Shown here: piece by piece, positions 9,080 to 18,218 of the stretch
Numbering within the stretch: the stretch's first letter is position 1
Layout of the letters: every line of letters begins with the position of its first letter
NCBI GenBank assembly: GCA_964504535.1
Contig: CAZDED010000005.1
Coordinates: 9,411-73,410, forward strand
Direction: 5' to 3'
Source of the DNA: an uncultured Gammaproteobacteria bacterium
GTDB taxonomy: Bacteria; Patescibacteriota; Microgenomatia; Levybacterales; GWA1-39-11
DNA length: 64,000 bases
Position numbers and translations under genes: made by a program
The notes under the pieces: generated by a model
Database searches by the model: none
What the model was told of the DNA's origin: nothing
Seen by the model: the letters and a program-made list of their open reading frames with translations, nothing else

Positions 9080-9251
9080 GTGTATATTTTATACCTCAAA
9101 ATTCTATATGCAAGCATTAGAAAATATTAGTTAGGGATCATTTTTTAGATGATGAATAATTTTTTATGGGGTATTTATCCTAGCAAACATATGTTTGAAT
9201 GGTAAATAGCCTACAATTGCTCATAGAATCTCAACCTTATACAATTTATAA

Positions 9252-9971
9252 ATGACAGAAGAAATCTCAGTTGATGAGCCTCCTCTTGTAAATCGAGATG
9301 CCTTACCTGATCCAGATCAGCAATGGGGAGACGTAAATTATATTCCCGATTTGCGACCATCGCTTCTTTATCTGCCTCCTGATATGGGTACATGGTCAGA
9401 TAAGTGGGGATTTACGGCGTTTGGGAGAACACCCTTTGAGGTATACATACAAGCTCGTGGAAGAATGACCAGAGAAGTATGTCAGGATGAAGTAAACAAA
9501 CTTAGCTCTCAAGAACTTGAAGCAGAACCTTTTCAATTTTTTTACCGTCACGCCGACATGATCTCAAGATTTGGAGTCCCAGATAGCGCAAGTAAATTCT
9601 TGCCTACGGTATGGAAAAGAGTAATAGATGAAGCCGAAGGTTTTGTGGAAACTGTTTATCCTGAGAACCCAAACTTCCAGGAGACTGTGAGAGCTGATAC
9701 ATTCAATTATTTATTTTGTATTCTTGAGCTCTATGGACAAGAAAGTTCCAATAATTTGAGTCCTGACAAAGTTGAAGAATTATATAATATGGGAATGGAT
9801 AAATACCCGAAATTTGTGCGCAGTGCGCTGCGTTTTGATAACAGAAATAAGATATTAGGAAAATCAATTGGCCTTTCAAGCAGGGTTAAGGCTTCATTGG
9901 AGTCGCTGTTATTAGATGAAAGTAGTGCGGGGAGCAATCAACTAAATGTATTAATTGCTTATATTAGCTAA
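9252..9971 (+). CDS. hypothetical protein (239 aa)
   Basis: ORF only; acidic N-terminus. Confidence 0.45.
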   Translation: MTEEISVDEPPLVNRDALPDPDQQWGDVNYIPDLRPSLLYLPPDMGTWSDKWGFTAFGRTPFEVYIQARGRMTREVCQDEVNKLSSQELEAEPFQFFYRHADMISRFGVPDSASKFLPTVWKRVIDEAEGFVETVYPENPNFQETVRADTFNYLFCILELYGQESSNNLSPDKVEELYNMGMDKYPKFVRSALRFDNRNKILGKSIGLSSRVKASLESLLLDESSAGSNQLNVLIAYIS

Positions 9972-10010
9972 ATTGATAGCTCAATATTACCTCAAGCCCT
10001 TGTATCTTCA

Positions 10011-10967
10011 TTGGCGCATTCAGACTCATCTCAGCAAGTTAGTAAAGTAATTGATGATATAGCTCCTAGACTAGGTATTGAACAAATACGAAAAACCCTT
10101 AGAGAATATGCGGAATCGAATGAGAGTTTTTTGCCAAAACTTAAGCAAACCTATGCATATGTGGGAATTGACAGTGCAAATGACATTGCTTTAAGCCTAA
10201 AAAATGATGTTTATAACAAGCTCGATTTTTCACTATATAACCCAAATGAAAAGCTGCAAAAGTTTGAAGAGCAGCTGCTTGAGGATGAATTCAAGGATAA
10301 GAAAGTTTTAGATGTAGCTTGTGGGACTGGTAGGCATGTGCTTGCAAATAGTAGTGCTGGTGTGAGTGTATCAGGTATAGATATAGTCCCAAAGCATGTC
10401 GAATACATAAAAAATAAAAACCCCGATACAGACGTGCAAATTGCTAGTTGGTTTGATATGCCATTTCCAGACAATAGTTATGAAGGCATATATTGTCTTG
10501 GTAGGTCATTTACCCACAATACAACAATTCCAGATGCCGTCGCTTGTCTGCGAGAAATGAGAAGAGTGTTGAACGATGATGGAATAGTTATTCTTGATCT
10601 TCCAGATCCTGCAAAAGGGGAATATAAAGATCTCATAGACCAAGTGTCTAGAGTACGAATATCCAAAGGATTGAAAGTGCTAAAAGGAATTATTAATGAT
10701 AGTCCGGATCAAGAGCATTATTTCGATAGATTTGTGCCCGATGACAAGCAATTTATTTTAATTGCAGAGCTTGCTGGATTTAAAGCCGAAAAGTTTGCAG
10801 AAAAACCGTATAAAGGAGTATCGGAGAGAGAAAACGTCAATACATATTGGAAATTAACCAAACAACATGAATTGACGACAAAAGTACAGTTGGACTGGAG
10901 AATGTCGACAATGAGAAATAGAGATCAGGCAATTGGTTCTCTTAGTTATGTTTCTTATCGACCGTGA
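10011..10967 (+). CDS. SAM-dependent methyltransferase (class I)
   Basis: Motif I VLDVACGTGRH with an acidic-loop context. The start codon appears to be TTG. Confidence 0.65.
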   Translation: MAHSDSSQQVSKVIDDIAPRLGIEQIRKTLREYAESNESFLPKLKQTYAYVGIDSANDIALSLKNDVYNKLDFSLYNPNEKLQKFEEQLLEDEFKDKKVLDVACGTGRHVLANSSAGVSVSGIDIVPKHVEYIKNKNPDTDVQIASWFDMPFPDNSYEGIYCLGRSFTHNTTIPDAVACLREMRRVLNDDGIVILDLPDPAKGEYKDLIDQVSRVRISKGLKVLKGIINDSPDQEHYFDRFVPDDKQFILIAELAGFKAEKFAEKPYKGVSERENVNTYWKLTKQHELTTKVQLDWRMSTMRNRDQAIGSLSYVSYRP

Positions 10968-11719
10968 ATAGTATTTCTCCACGCAAGGTCGAACCAAGCC
11001 TTCATAGACATCGCAACTGAGGGGTGGTGGATGACAATTCCGACAAGTCCTTCGTCTTTTTTGTAATGAATGATGGCAACTTTATCTCCATATATATCTA
11101 TTTCATGCTGAAAAGGAAAGAGTTTCGAGTCGACCATTCGGGTAGTTCTAAATTCTTCAGTATTTTTACTGGTATATGCTTTACTTTCACGACTGGAAGC
11201 AACGATAGCTTTGACATGAACTTTTTCTCTCACTCTTTTTCTCACAAATTTTGTCCTAAGCCAAGCATATAGTTCTGGCTCTACATCTGCAGCTTGGAGT
11301 AGAGCATAGATAGTTTTTTTTTCCACCAAGATATCCTCATAAATATCCTTCAATCCTTCAACTCCTTCATAAATTCTCACAATAGGGCGTTCTGTAGACA
11401 GGGTATAGCTCATAGCAAGTGCCGGGAGTAAGGCGTCAAAATCTTTTTTTGCCTGCTGGACTTTTTCTAGCTCTTCTTGTGCAAGAAGTGCAAGTTTTGT
11501 TGGGGATTCAGGACGTACATGGATGATTTTTTTGTAGTCTCTTTTTAGAATAAAGCCTTTTTTCTCTAATATTGCGAGCGCTTTGTAGACGGTAGGGCGC
11601 TTAAGGCCACACTTTTGGATAAGTGTGCCGACGGGAACTTCTCCACATTTGACCAAAACTTCATAGATTTTTGCCTCATTTTCAGAAAGACCGACGTTTT
11701 GTAAAGCTTGTAGTGACAT
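10955..11719 (-). CDS. TrmB-family transcriptional regulator
   Basis: N-terminal winged helix LSENEAKIYEVLVKCGEVPVGTLIQKCGLKRPTVYKALAILEKKGFI. A C-terminal TrmB-like domain follows. Confidence 0.7.
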   Translation of the reverse strand: MSLQALQNVGLSENEAKIYEVLVKCGEVPVGTLIQKCGLKRPTVYKALAILEKKGFILKRDYKKIIHVRPESPTKLALLAQEELEKVQQAKKDFDALLPALAMSYTLSTERPIVRIYEGVEGLKDIYEDILVEKKTIYALLQAADVEPELYAWLRTKFVRKRVREKVHVKAIVASSRESKAYTSKNTEEFRTTRMVDSKLFPFQHEIDIYGDKVAIIHYKKDEGLVGIVIHHPSVAMSMKAWFDLAWRNTIHGR

Positions 11720-12052
11720 ATTTGAGTATATTTATACCATCATAAGGTTGATTTGTCAATATATTATGCCACCATATAGTGTCAAAATATGGAAATAAAG
11801 CTGATATAAGGCTGTTTTTGTACAGGGATAGAAGATTTGAAAATATATATTATTGTCAAGAGTGTTGAACATTATATAACTATAAGATAAAATGTACCAC
11901 TGTTTTAAAGCAGTCAAGCAATAGCTGTTTGATGACCCTTGAAGCAGCGTACATTAACAATCTGCTGAAAAATACTCCTTTCGGAGACTTTTCCCATCAC
12001 AAATATGGTGGGCGAAATCTCCGACAAGGAGAATACAATGAGGAGGGGCGTT

Positions 12053-12820
12053 ATGTCCCAGGCATTTCCTATCCCTGCATCCATCCTTCAGCCCATTCCT
12101 GATCCCGTCCCGGAAGGCTACTTCCAGCGGTGGCAGGTCTACGTCGATGGGCAAGAGGCAACGCCTCAGCACATCACGATGGTGAATGTGGGGCAAGGAC
12201 TCCAGCTCGACTGGGGCTCTCACCCCGATGGCAAATGGTCGCAGTTCTGTTACCGCGAGAACCATGGAGGTGGCGTTGTCATCATTCCGCATGCAGTCAT
12301 GCCCGACGGGCGTGTCTACATCGGCGTCATCGACGCCAGGCGCCCTTTCCGCGATCCGCGGCCAGGGGCTGTCTTCATGGAGTTGCCGCGCGGTATGCGT
12401 GACAAGCTGGAATCGGCCACACAGGCCGCTCAGCGCGAAACGGAAGAAGAGACCGGCCATTCGGTTTCCGAAGGGTCGTATGTCGTGCTCGATGGTGATG
12501 GGGCCAACCCCAATTCCACCTTCTGGCTCACGTATGATCACAAGAACGAGACGCCGGATGGCGTCAGGTTCGTGACCGTCGAAGTCCCGGCCTCATCGCT
12601 CGTTCCCTCAAGGGACGGCGAAATGGTTTTGGACACCGCCGGACCCGTGGATTCCTTTGAAGGAATCGAGAAGTGTAGGTTCGTGCCCCTTACTATCCGT
12701 GAAACCGCGGGTGAAGGGGACATGTTCCTGCTCAGTGGAGCTTTCAAGCTCCAAGCGTACCTCATCGGACACTACGCCAACGTTTCCTTTCGGGATGGCG
12801 TGATGGTCGTGTCCAACTAG
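12053..12820 (+). CDS. Nudix hydrolase (ADP-ribose pyrophosphatase-like), encoded in GC-rich island A
   Basis: Nudix box GMRDKLESATQAAQRETEEETGH. High GC3 codon usage. AGGAGG sits 6 nt before the ATG at 12053; the ORF is open from 12005. Confidence 0.7.
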   Translation: MSQAFPIPASILQPIPDPVPEGYFQRWQVYVDGQEATPQHITMVNVGQGLQLDWGSHPDGKWSQFCYRENHGGGVVIIPHAVMPDGRVYIGVIDARRPFRDPRPGAVFMELPRGMRDKLESATQAAQRETEEETGHSVSEGSYVVLDGDGANPNSTFWLTYDHKNETPDGVRFVTVEVPASSLVPSRDGEMVLDTAGPVDSFEGIEKCRFVPLTIRETAGEGDMFLLSGAFKLQAYLIGHYANVSFRDGVMVVSN

Positions 12821-12838
12821 TCATTCAGCAGATCTCAG

Positions 12839-12860
12839 CCGGGTACCTCACGGTACCCGG
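12839..12860 (+). terminator. GC-rich hairpin ccgggtacc-tcac-ggtacccgg 18 nt after the island A stop codon (weak U-tract)
   Basis: Perfect 9-bp inverted repeat. Confidence 0.4.
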
Positions 12861-13106
12861 CACCATTTAAAACCTAATCAGCAGGGTTGGTAAATATTGG
12901 TACTACATCAATTCCAAGGATACAAGAAAGAGTTTGCCAGTTCCCATTCAAATATGTCTTATATATCGATATATCATGCAATAGTGGCTTATGTTTTTGA
13001 GTTAGTTGAAGCTTGCCGTGGACTAGTTGAAGGGTTAAAATAAGGAGTCTTAGGGTAGTAGCTTAGTGCGAATGAAATGAGCACCAAACTTACTTTTTGA
13101 CAATAT

Positions 13107-13180
13107 AGGGTCGTAGTTTACCGGTAGAATAGGGGTCTCCAAAACCCTTGAAGATGGTTCGATTCCATCCGGCCCTGCCA
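13107..13180 (+). tRNA. tRNA-Trp (anticodon CCA), CCA encoded
   Basis: Acceptor AGGGTCG/CGGCCCT. Anticodon stem GGGGT/ACCCT with loop CTCCAAA. T arm GATGG-TTCGATT-CCATC. D stem carries two G-U pairs. Confidence 0.7.
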
Positions 13181-13286
13181 GGCACCATTCGGAGCCTGGC
13201 TTCGCAAGGAGCCAGCGTAGATGGTGACGCAGTCAGGTATCGTATGGTACCTGACAACCTTAGTATCCTCCATGTAAACTTAACAA

Positions 13287-13547
13287 GTGAAATTATTTTA
13301 CGTCTATATTCTTCGCAATAGAGATAAATATTTTACCTACATCGGTTATTCTGAAGACTTAAAATTCCGTTTGAAAACTCACAATTCTGGACAAGTTATT
13401 TCAACTAAGCATTACGTTCCACTTGAACTAATCCATTACGAAGCATATAAAAATATGAAGGATGCAAAGAGAAGAGAGCAATATCTTAAATCCAATAAAG
13501 GCAAAACTACCTTAATAACAATGCTTAAAGAATACTTTTCAGAATAA
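13287..13547 (+). CDS. GIY-YIG nuclease family protein (UPF0213/YhbQ-like)
   Basis: FYVYILRN...YIGYSEDLKFRLKTHN matches the GIY-YIG core. Confidence 0.75.
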   Translation: MKLFYVYILRNRDKYFTYIGYSEDLKFRLKTHNSGQVISTKHYVPLELIHYEAYKNMKDAKRREQYLKSNKGKTTLITMLKEYFSE

Positions 13548-13584
13548 TAGCCCCAGAACTTTTACAACCCTCGAGCACAATTCT

Positions 13585-13992
13585 ATGCTCGACTTCGCGA
13601 AGCAATTCGAACTTCTTTGTTATAATATTTTAATGGAACAACTTGAAAATTGGCTCGAATTACTAAAGACCGCATGGGAGAAAAAGAATCCTGATCTAGC
13701 AATAGAGCTGTGTGCCGAAAAGTTTATTTGGTATGAAGCTCCTTTTCAGAATCCAATCACAACTAGGCAAGGTCTATTAGATGAATGGGAAAGTGTGCAA
13801 AATCATAAAGATATATCAATGAAGTACGAAATATTAAGCTTAACAGGTAATGTTGGCATCGCAAAATGGTCAGCAGTTTTTAAAAGACTATCTGAAGAAA
13901 CAAGCACAGAATTAGAAGGAATTTATTTAGTAAAACTAGATTCTCAAGGAAAATGCACAGAATTTCACCAGTGGTATAACTCTAAATATTGA
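13585..13992 (+). CDS. hypothetical protein, possibly SnoaL/NTF2-like fold
   Basis: 135 aa; only a weak resemblance. Confidence 0.35.
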   Translation: MLDFAKQFELLCYNILMEQLENWLELLKTAWEKKNPDLAIELCAEKFIWYEAPFQNPITTRQGLLDEWESVQNHKDISMKYEILSLTGNVGIAKWSAVFKRLSEETSTELEGIYLVKLDSQGKCTEFHQWYNSKY

Positions 13993-14103
13993 GAAAATGC
14001 GCCCAAAAATCCCTCACCCTCCCGGTGCAAGCGAACCTTGCCCAACCTCGAAAATTAAATCTCCGCTTGTTCTCAAGAAGACTCTCTGATAACCAGATTG
14101 CTT

Positions 14104-14502
14104 TTATGGAGTACGATTTCGGTCAGGATTATAGATCTGAGCATTTTCAAGAGCAACAACAGCACCATCAAAAAATCCTCGTAGTGAAAGTGCGTTTGAC
14201 ACTCTTTTCCATTCTTTAGTTATATGATATGGGTCCTGGCTCAACTGAGAAAACCATATCATTTCCCCTGAATCCTTCACGCCTTCATCAGGATGTACGT
14301 ATGCGGGAACGTTTCGTGTAAGAATATATACATTTGCGTTTTTGCCTTTATCAAAGACACGTTTTCTTCCATCTCGAAGGTCAAGCTCTCCTTCGATAGT
14401 CCAATCAGAACTCCAATCCCATGTGGACCTCTCTGGGTATTGATTCATGTAAGTCGTTGGGGGTAAGTAAATAGCAAAGTCTGCTTCGTCTGAACGGGGC
14501 AT
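14104..14502 (-). CDS. hypothetical protein (132 aa)
   Basis: ORF only, convergent with the upstream gene. Confidence 0.35.
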   Translation of the reverse strand: MPRSDEADFAIYLPPTTYMNQYPERSTWDWSSDWTIEGELDLRDGRKRVFDKGKNANVYILTRNVPAYVHPDEGVKDSGEMIWFSQLSQDPYHITKEWKRVSNALSLRGFFDGAVVALENAQIYNPDRNRTP

Positions 14503-14641
14503 ACCAATATGCTATTACCTCTTTCGTTAGAAGTCAATATTTAACGTAGTTACATTCCTCTATTTTTAGACTCAAATTTTATACTCCAGTGGGATTCGTT
14601 ACTGATATAATTCAATTATGAAAATAAGTAAAAAATTGTAG

Positions 14642-15178
14642 GCAAAAATTGACAAAGCTGTTAAAGAAAAAATCGATATTGTTCCCTACGACCCAAATTG
14701 GCCAATACAATTTGAAGTAGAAAAAAAATTCCTTATCGAGAGATTTCCAGCCCTTATTGTCCGAGTTGAACATTTTGGCAGTACTGCAGTTCCAAATCTT
14801 TCTGCAAAACCAGTTATCGATATGCTTATCGAAGTTTCAAGTTTGAATGAAACAAAAAAACAGATAGTTCCAGTTCTTAAATCACTTGGATATGATTATT
14901 TCTGGAGAACTGACATGGGCAAACCTTATACGTGGTTTATAAAAAGAGATCCAAGTGGAAAAAGAACACATCATCTTCATATGCATGAGAAAGATGCAGA
15001 GATTTGTGATAGATTGTATTTTAGAGATTTTCTTAAAGAGCATCCACAAACTGCTAAAGAATACCAAGAATTAAAAATTTACCTTGCGGAAAAATATCCT
15101 TACGACCGAGAGGCATATACAAAGGGTAAGACTGATTTTATTCTACCTATTTACTACAGAGGCAAAAAAAATTTATGA
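14642..15178 (+). CDS. GrpB-family protein (UPF0157, nucleotidyltransferase-like fold)
   Basis: IDIVPYDPNWPIQFE...HFGSTAVP...KPVIDMLIEV...HHLHMH matches GrpB. The domain extends upstream of the first ATG at 14822, and an in-frame TAG sits at 14639, so the start is probably non-ATG (ATT/GTT near 14648). Confidence 0.6.
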   Translation, partial: AKIDKAVKEKIDIVPYDPNWPIQFEVEKKFLIERFPALIVRVEHFGSTAVPNLSAKPVIDMLIEVSSLNETKKQIVPVLKSLGYDYFWRTDMGKPYTWFIKRDPSGKRTHHLHMHEKDAEICDRLYFRDFLKEHPQTAKEYQELKIYLAEKYPYDREAYTKGKTDFILPIYYRGKKNL

Positions 15179-15378
15179 AAAAAGATAATAAGTTCAATAT
15201 TATTTACTCAAGCAATGTACGGTAGGCTTATACGAAGCTAATTTTTATCTTATAGTTTTGATATTCGTTTCAATTTCTGTTAAAATATATCTATGCAAAC
15301 ATGATAAATCTAAGCTCAAAAATGCTGCTTAGAGGTGTCAAATTTGCCATTTTTAGCACTTTTACATTGCGGAAATTA

Positions 15379-15426
15379 GTGGTTACCACCTTACACATAA
15401 GATGTTGTGTTTGAGGTGGTAACCAT
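15379..15426. repeat. long hairpin at the left edge of GC-rich island B (stem ggttaccacc/ggtggtaacc, 24-nt loop with an internal acaca/tgtgt repeat)
   Basis: Perfect 10-bp inverted repeat read directly. Confidence 0.5.
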
Positions 15427-15447
15427 AGAAAGAGGAGGTCACACCAA

Positions 15448-15833
15448 ATTGTAGGGGCAACCCTGAATCCTCAGCGTGTCGAGGAGATTTTTCTTGACTG
15501 CCTCTTCAAGCGTGGAGAGGACACGACCAGCCACATCAAGGCCGAGGGTATCACCTCGGTGGTCGGGTTTCATCCCAACCGCCTCGAAACCCATAAGGCA
15601 GAGATCAAGGCTCTCTTGGACGATTGCCTGATGAGTTCAAGCTGACAGGCGGCGGCGGAATGTCATTCCTGAAAGCCTGCAACGACAAGCACGGCAACCA
15701 ATGGACCGGTCTCCATTAGCACATGGAGCAACTGTTCCAACTCGGAATTGCCATCGGCAAGGTGCAAACCCTTCTCCCTCGGGAGATGTGGTCGGCACTA
15801 CCGGGTGCAGTGCCGTACTACGCAATCATGTAG
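15448..15833 (+). pseudogene. disrupted GC-rich ORF: three collinear segments (…HKAEIKALLDDC / …LTGGGGMSFLKACNDKHGNQWTGLH* / HMEQLFQLGIAIGKVQTLLPREMWSALPGAVPYYAIM*) separated by one frameshift (~15600-15645) and one in-frame TAG (15717)
   Basis: Protein-like, high-GC3 translation continues across the frameshift and stop. AGGAGG at 15433 has no ATG downstream. Confidence 0.5.
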
Positions 15834-15888
15834 TCAGCCCAACCCTCACATCGTCAAGACAACGGTTCACAACCAGAGAAAGGAAGCC

Positions 15889-16254
15889 ATGTCACTTACG
15901 ATCACCGCTGATTTCCTCCAACGATTTGTAGGAGGACAGTTGGAGTATGAGAACACAATGGGGCATTATCGGTTTCGCGGCGAGATCGAACGTGTCTGGA
16001 TAGAGGGCAGCAAAAATGCAACAATGTACGTCCTCTTGAAGTGGCTTGCCGAGATGGGTGAGGACTCCAGATGGCACGGTGCCGTTGACACCCTCGATTA
16101 CTCGGTCGGCCTCGCCGAAACGAGTTTCAGTGAGGCTGACGACAGCACTGTCCATTATGTCTCAACGCTCATTCAAGAAAAGGGGACCTTTTTCCCTCCA
16201 GAAGGAAGTAGACTGGATCCGTTGGAGGTGGAAGGGCTCCAGCTTCCCTCCTAA
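15889..16254 (+). CDS. hypothetical protein (121 aa) of GC-rich island B
   Basis: ATG preceded by AGGAAG. High GC3. The longer ORF from 15748 runs through the pseudogene tail. Confidence 0.55.
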   Translation: MSLTITADFLQRFVGGQLEYENTMGHYRFRGEIERVWIEGSKNATMYVLLKWLAEMGEDSRWHGAVDTLDYSVGLAETSFSEADDSTVHYVSTLIQEKGTFFPPEGSRLDPLEVEGLQLPS

Positions 16255-16293
16255 CAAGTTCCGCATCACGAATCACTCGGGCAAAAGTGCACT

Positions 16294-16327
16294 GGGCCGC
16301 GACACGTTCGCGGCCCTTTTGCTTTTG
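16294..16327 (+). terminator. Rho-independent terminator gggccgcg-acacgtt-cgcggccc followed by ttttgcttttg
   Basis: Perfect 8-bp GC stem plus a U-tract. Confidence 0.7.
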
Positions 16328-16403
16328 TAAAGTAAAACAATATTTTCCGATATATTCGCTCGCGGGTTCAAGCTTGACCTTAACATATATATTTGAAATA
16401 CTG

Positions 16404-17198
16404 ATGTTTATGGAGATAATAGATCCTATTCAATCTCAAGCACCTATTCAAGCACCTACCGTTTTTTCATCACAACAACCTGTTGGTAGTCGGAAAAAAT
16501 ATATGGTTATGGGTTTGGTGGTTGCAATTCTATTGCTGATTGTAGGTATTGGAGGATACTTATTAGGAATAAGAAGTAACCTAGCTTCTAATGGAAATAA
16601 TGTAAATGAAAGAATATCCGTTACTCCCCAGAGTGATTCTCCTCCGGTTGTCGACCTATTACCTAGTAAAGTTCCAACTCCTACAACAAATCCAACAGCA
16701 GACTGGAGGATATATTTGAATAAAGACTGGAATCTAACAATTAAATACCCTCCAAATTTGTTTAAAAAAGACTACAATGATCTTGCTTATTTTACTTTTG
16801 AGCCTGAACCTACTGAAGGATGGGGCATGATGGGAGCTTCAAGCGCCATAAGAATTTCAAAGGTGGAGCCTTTTTTTACACCTGGATTAAAATTTGACGC
16901 ACTATCCAAAGCAGTGGTTGGATCAGATGTAAAAGAAGCACAAGAAGGGGTAGATATAAAAGTTACTAAAATAAAAAACACAAAAATTGGGAATTATGAT
17001 GCAGTTGAGTATATTCATGATGGGATCACGCCTCCTAAAACGGATGGAAGGGGACCAATTGGTTATTCACGCATACTACTTGTTAAAGTGAATAACGATA
17101 CGTTTATAGAACTTAAAAATTCTTCGTATGAGGTGCAAACAACAAAGAATAATGATGAGATTTTTAATCAAATGATATCGACACTACAAATTAAATAG
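16404..17198 (+). CDS. membrane-anchored hypothetical protein (start likely MFMEII; ORF open from 16287)
   Basis: AT-rich host-type codon usage; a TM helix near residue 40. Confidence 0.5.
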   Translation: MFMEIIDPIQSQAPIQAPTVFSSQQPVGSRKKYMVMGLVVAILLLIVGIGGYLLGIRSNLASNGNNVNERISVTPQSDSPPVVDLLPSKVPTPTTNPTADWRIYLNKDWNLTIKYPPNLFKKDYNDLAYFTFEPEPTEGWGMMGASSAIRISKVEPFFTPGLKFDALSKAVVGSDVKEAQEGVDIKVTKIKNTKIGNYDAVEYIHDGITPPKTDGRGPIGYSRILLVKVNNDTFIELKNSSYEVQTTKNNDEIFNQMISTLQIK

Positions 17199-17365
17199 TT
17201 CGCTAAAACATCATTTAGTTAAAAAACTTTTACACTGGATTAAGCCGAGAATTTCCTCAAGCCGCGTAAACTATCTTATAGTTTGACATTTGACCCCAAA
17301 TTTAGTATAATTCTTGTTCACCGATATGGTGAAAGTGCCTTCGCGATATGTGAAAGGAGAACAAT

Positions 17366-17896
17366 ATGCGATCAGGCGAATGGACGCAAAGCATGGCACT
17401 TGCTATGTCAGCGGCCGTCGGAGTCCTAACCATAACAGGTGGGACATATCCCTCGGAAGTCATCAAATACTTCCGCGGAATTACTCCTAGTCCTCAGCAC
17501 GTTTCACGGAAGCTGGGGTTGAAAACACACGAAGAATACTTCCAGTTGACCTTCGAGTCAATCGGAGATGTAGTCTTTCCTGTGATTATTGAGGTCGCTC
17601 TTTTGTGCGAAGATTGTAACCTCCACACCCATAACTGGGGAACATCCTTACCCAACTGTTACATGTTCCTGCAAATAAGTAAGTACTTACAAAGGTACTA
17701 TTGGAATAGAAATTATTATATGAATCAACAAGTAATAGAAGAACAGATCACAACAACTGAAGTTTCATCTCCTCTGCAAGCTATGAGAGCTACCAAACAA
17801 GCTCTAAATCCCCAAGTTAAGACTGAACACCCACAAAAAGTATTTGAAAAAAGAAAAAGATTTTTCGTTTTAACCAAGTCGTTTGGTATATCCTAG
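17366..17896 (+). CDS. hypothetical protein (176 aa)
   Basis: Strong AAAGGAG site before the ATG. The 5' half is moderately GC-rich. Confidence 0.45.
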   Translation: MRSGEWTQSMALAMSAAVGVLTITGGTYPSEVIKYFRGITPSPQHVSRKLGLKTHEEYFQLTFESIGDVVFPVIIEVALLCEDCNLHTHNWGTSLPNCYMFLQISKYLQRYYWNRNYYMNQQVIEEQITTTEVSSPLQAMRATKQALNPQVKTEHPQKVFEKRKRFFVLTKSFGIS

Positions 17897-17910
17897 TATT
17901 TATCGAAGTT

Positions 17911-18171
17911 TTGCTTATATTTAGGGCCGGATTTAAAGCAATAGGGGCAAACCCATCAAGTGGCTTTGTCAGCATGATCCATGGTGTCACAGATGTTATG
18001 GTAATACCTTTTCAGGGTATCATAGGAAGTGTAGTGAGTGGCAACTCGGTCATTGAATGGGCTTCAGTTATTGCTGGAGTAGTTTTTGCCTTAATCGCTT
18101 GGGGACTTGTGTATCTTCTGCAATTCATAAAGCCAATCACCCCTCATGAAGTAGAAGAGCAAATTGGATAG
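17911..18171 (+). CDS. small hypothetical membrane protein (86 aa)
   Basis: Two predicted hydrophobic helices. Confidence 0.4.
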   Translation: MLIFRAGFKAIGANPSSGFVSMIHGVTDVMVIPFQGIIGSVVSGNSVIEWASVIAGVVFALIAWGLVYLLQFIKPITPHEVEEQIG

Positions 18172-18218
18172 AGCATCTCATAGTTTATTTTTGGCCACAA
18201 ATCTGATATAATTTCATT

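Noticed and set aside
11954-12765. Antisense and alternative-frame ORFs inside GC-rich island A (11954..12541-, 12130..12402+, 12186..12575+, 12538..12765-), and likewise in island C (23114..23413+, 23458..23703+, 23474..23719+, 23510..23764-)
   Set aside because: High-GC DNA yields long open frames in all phases. Only one frame per island shows strong G/C third-position bias, a Shine-Dalgarno site and a recognisable motif (Nudix box), or operon-like spacing.
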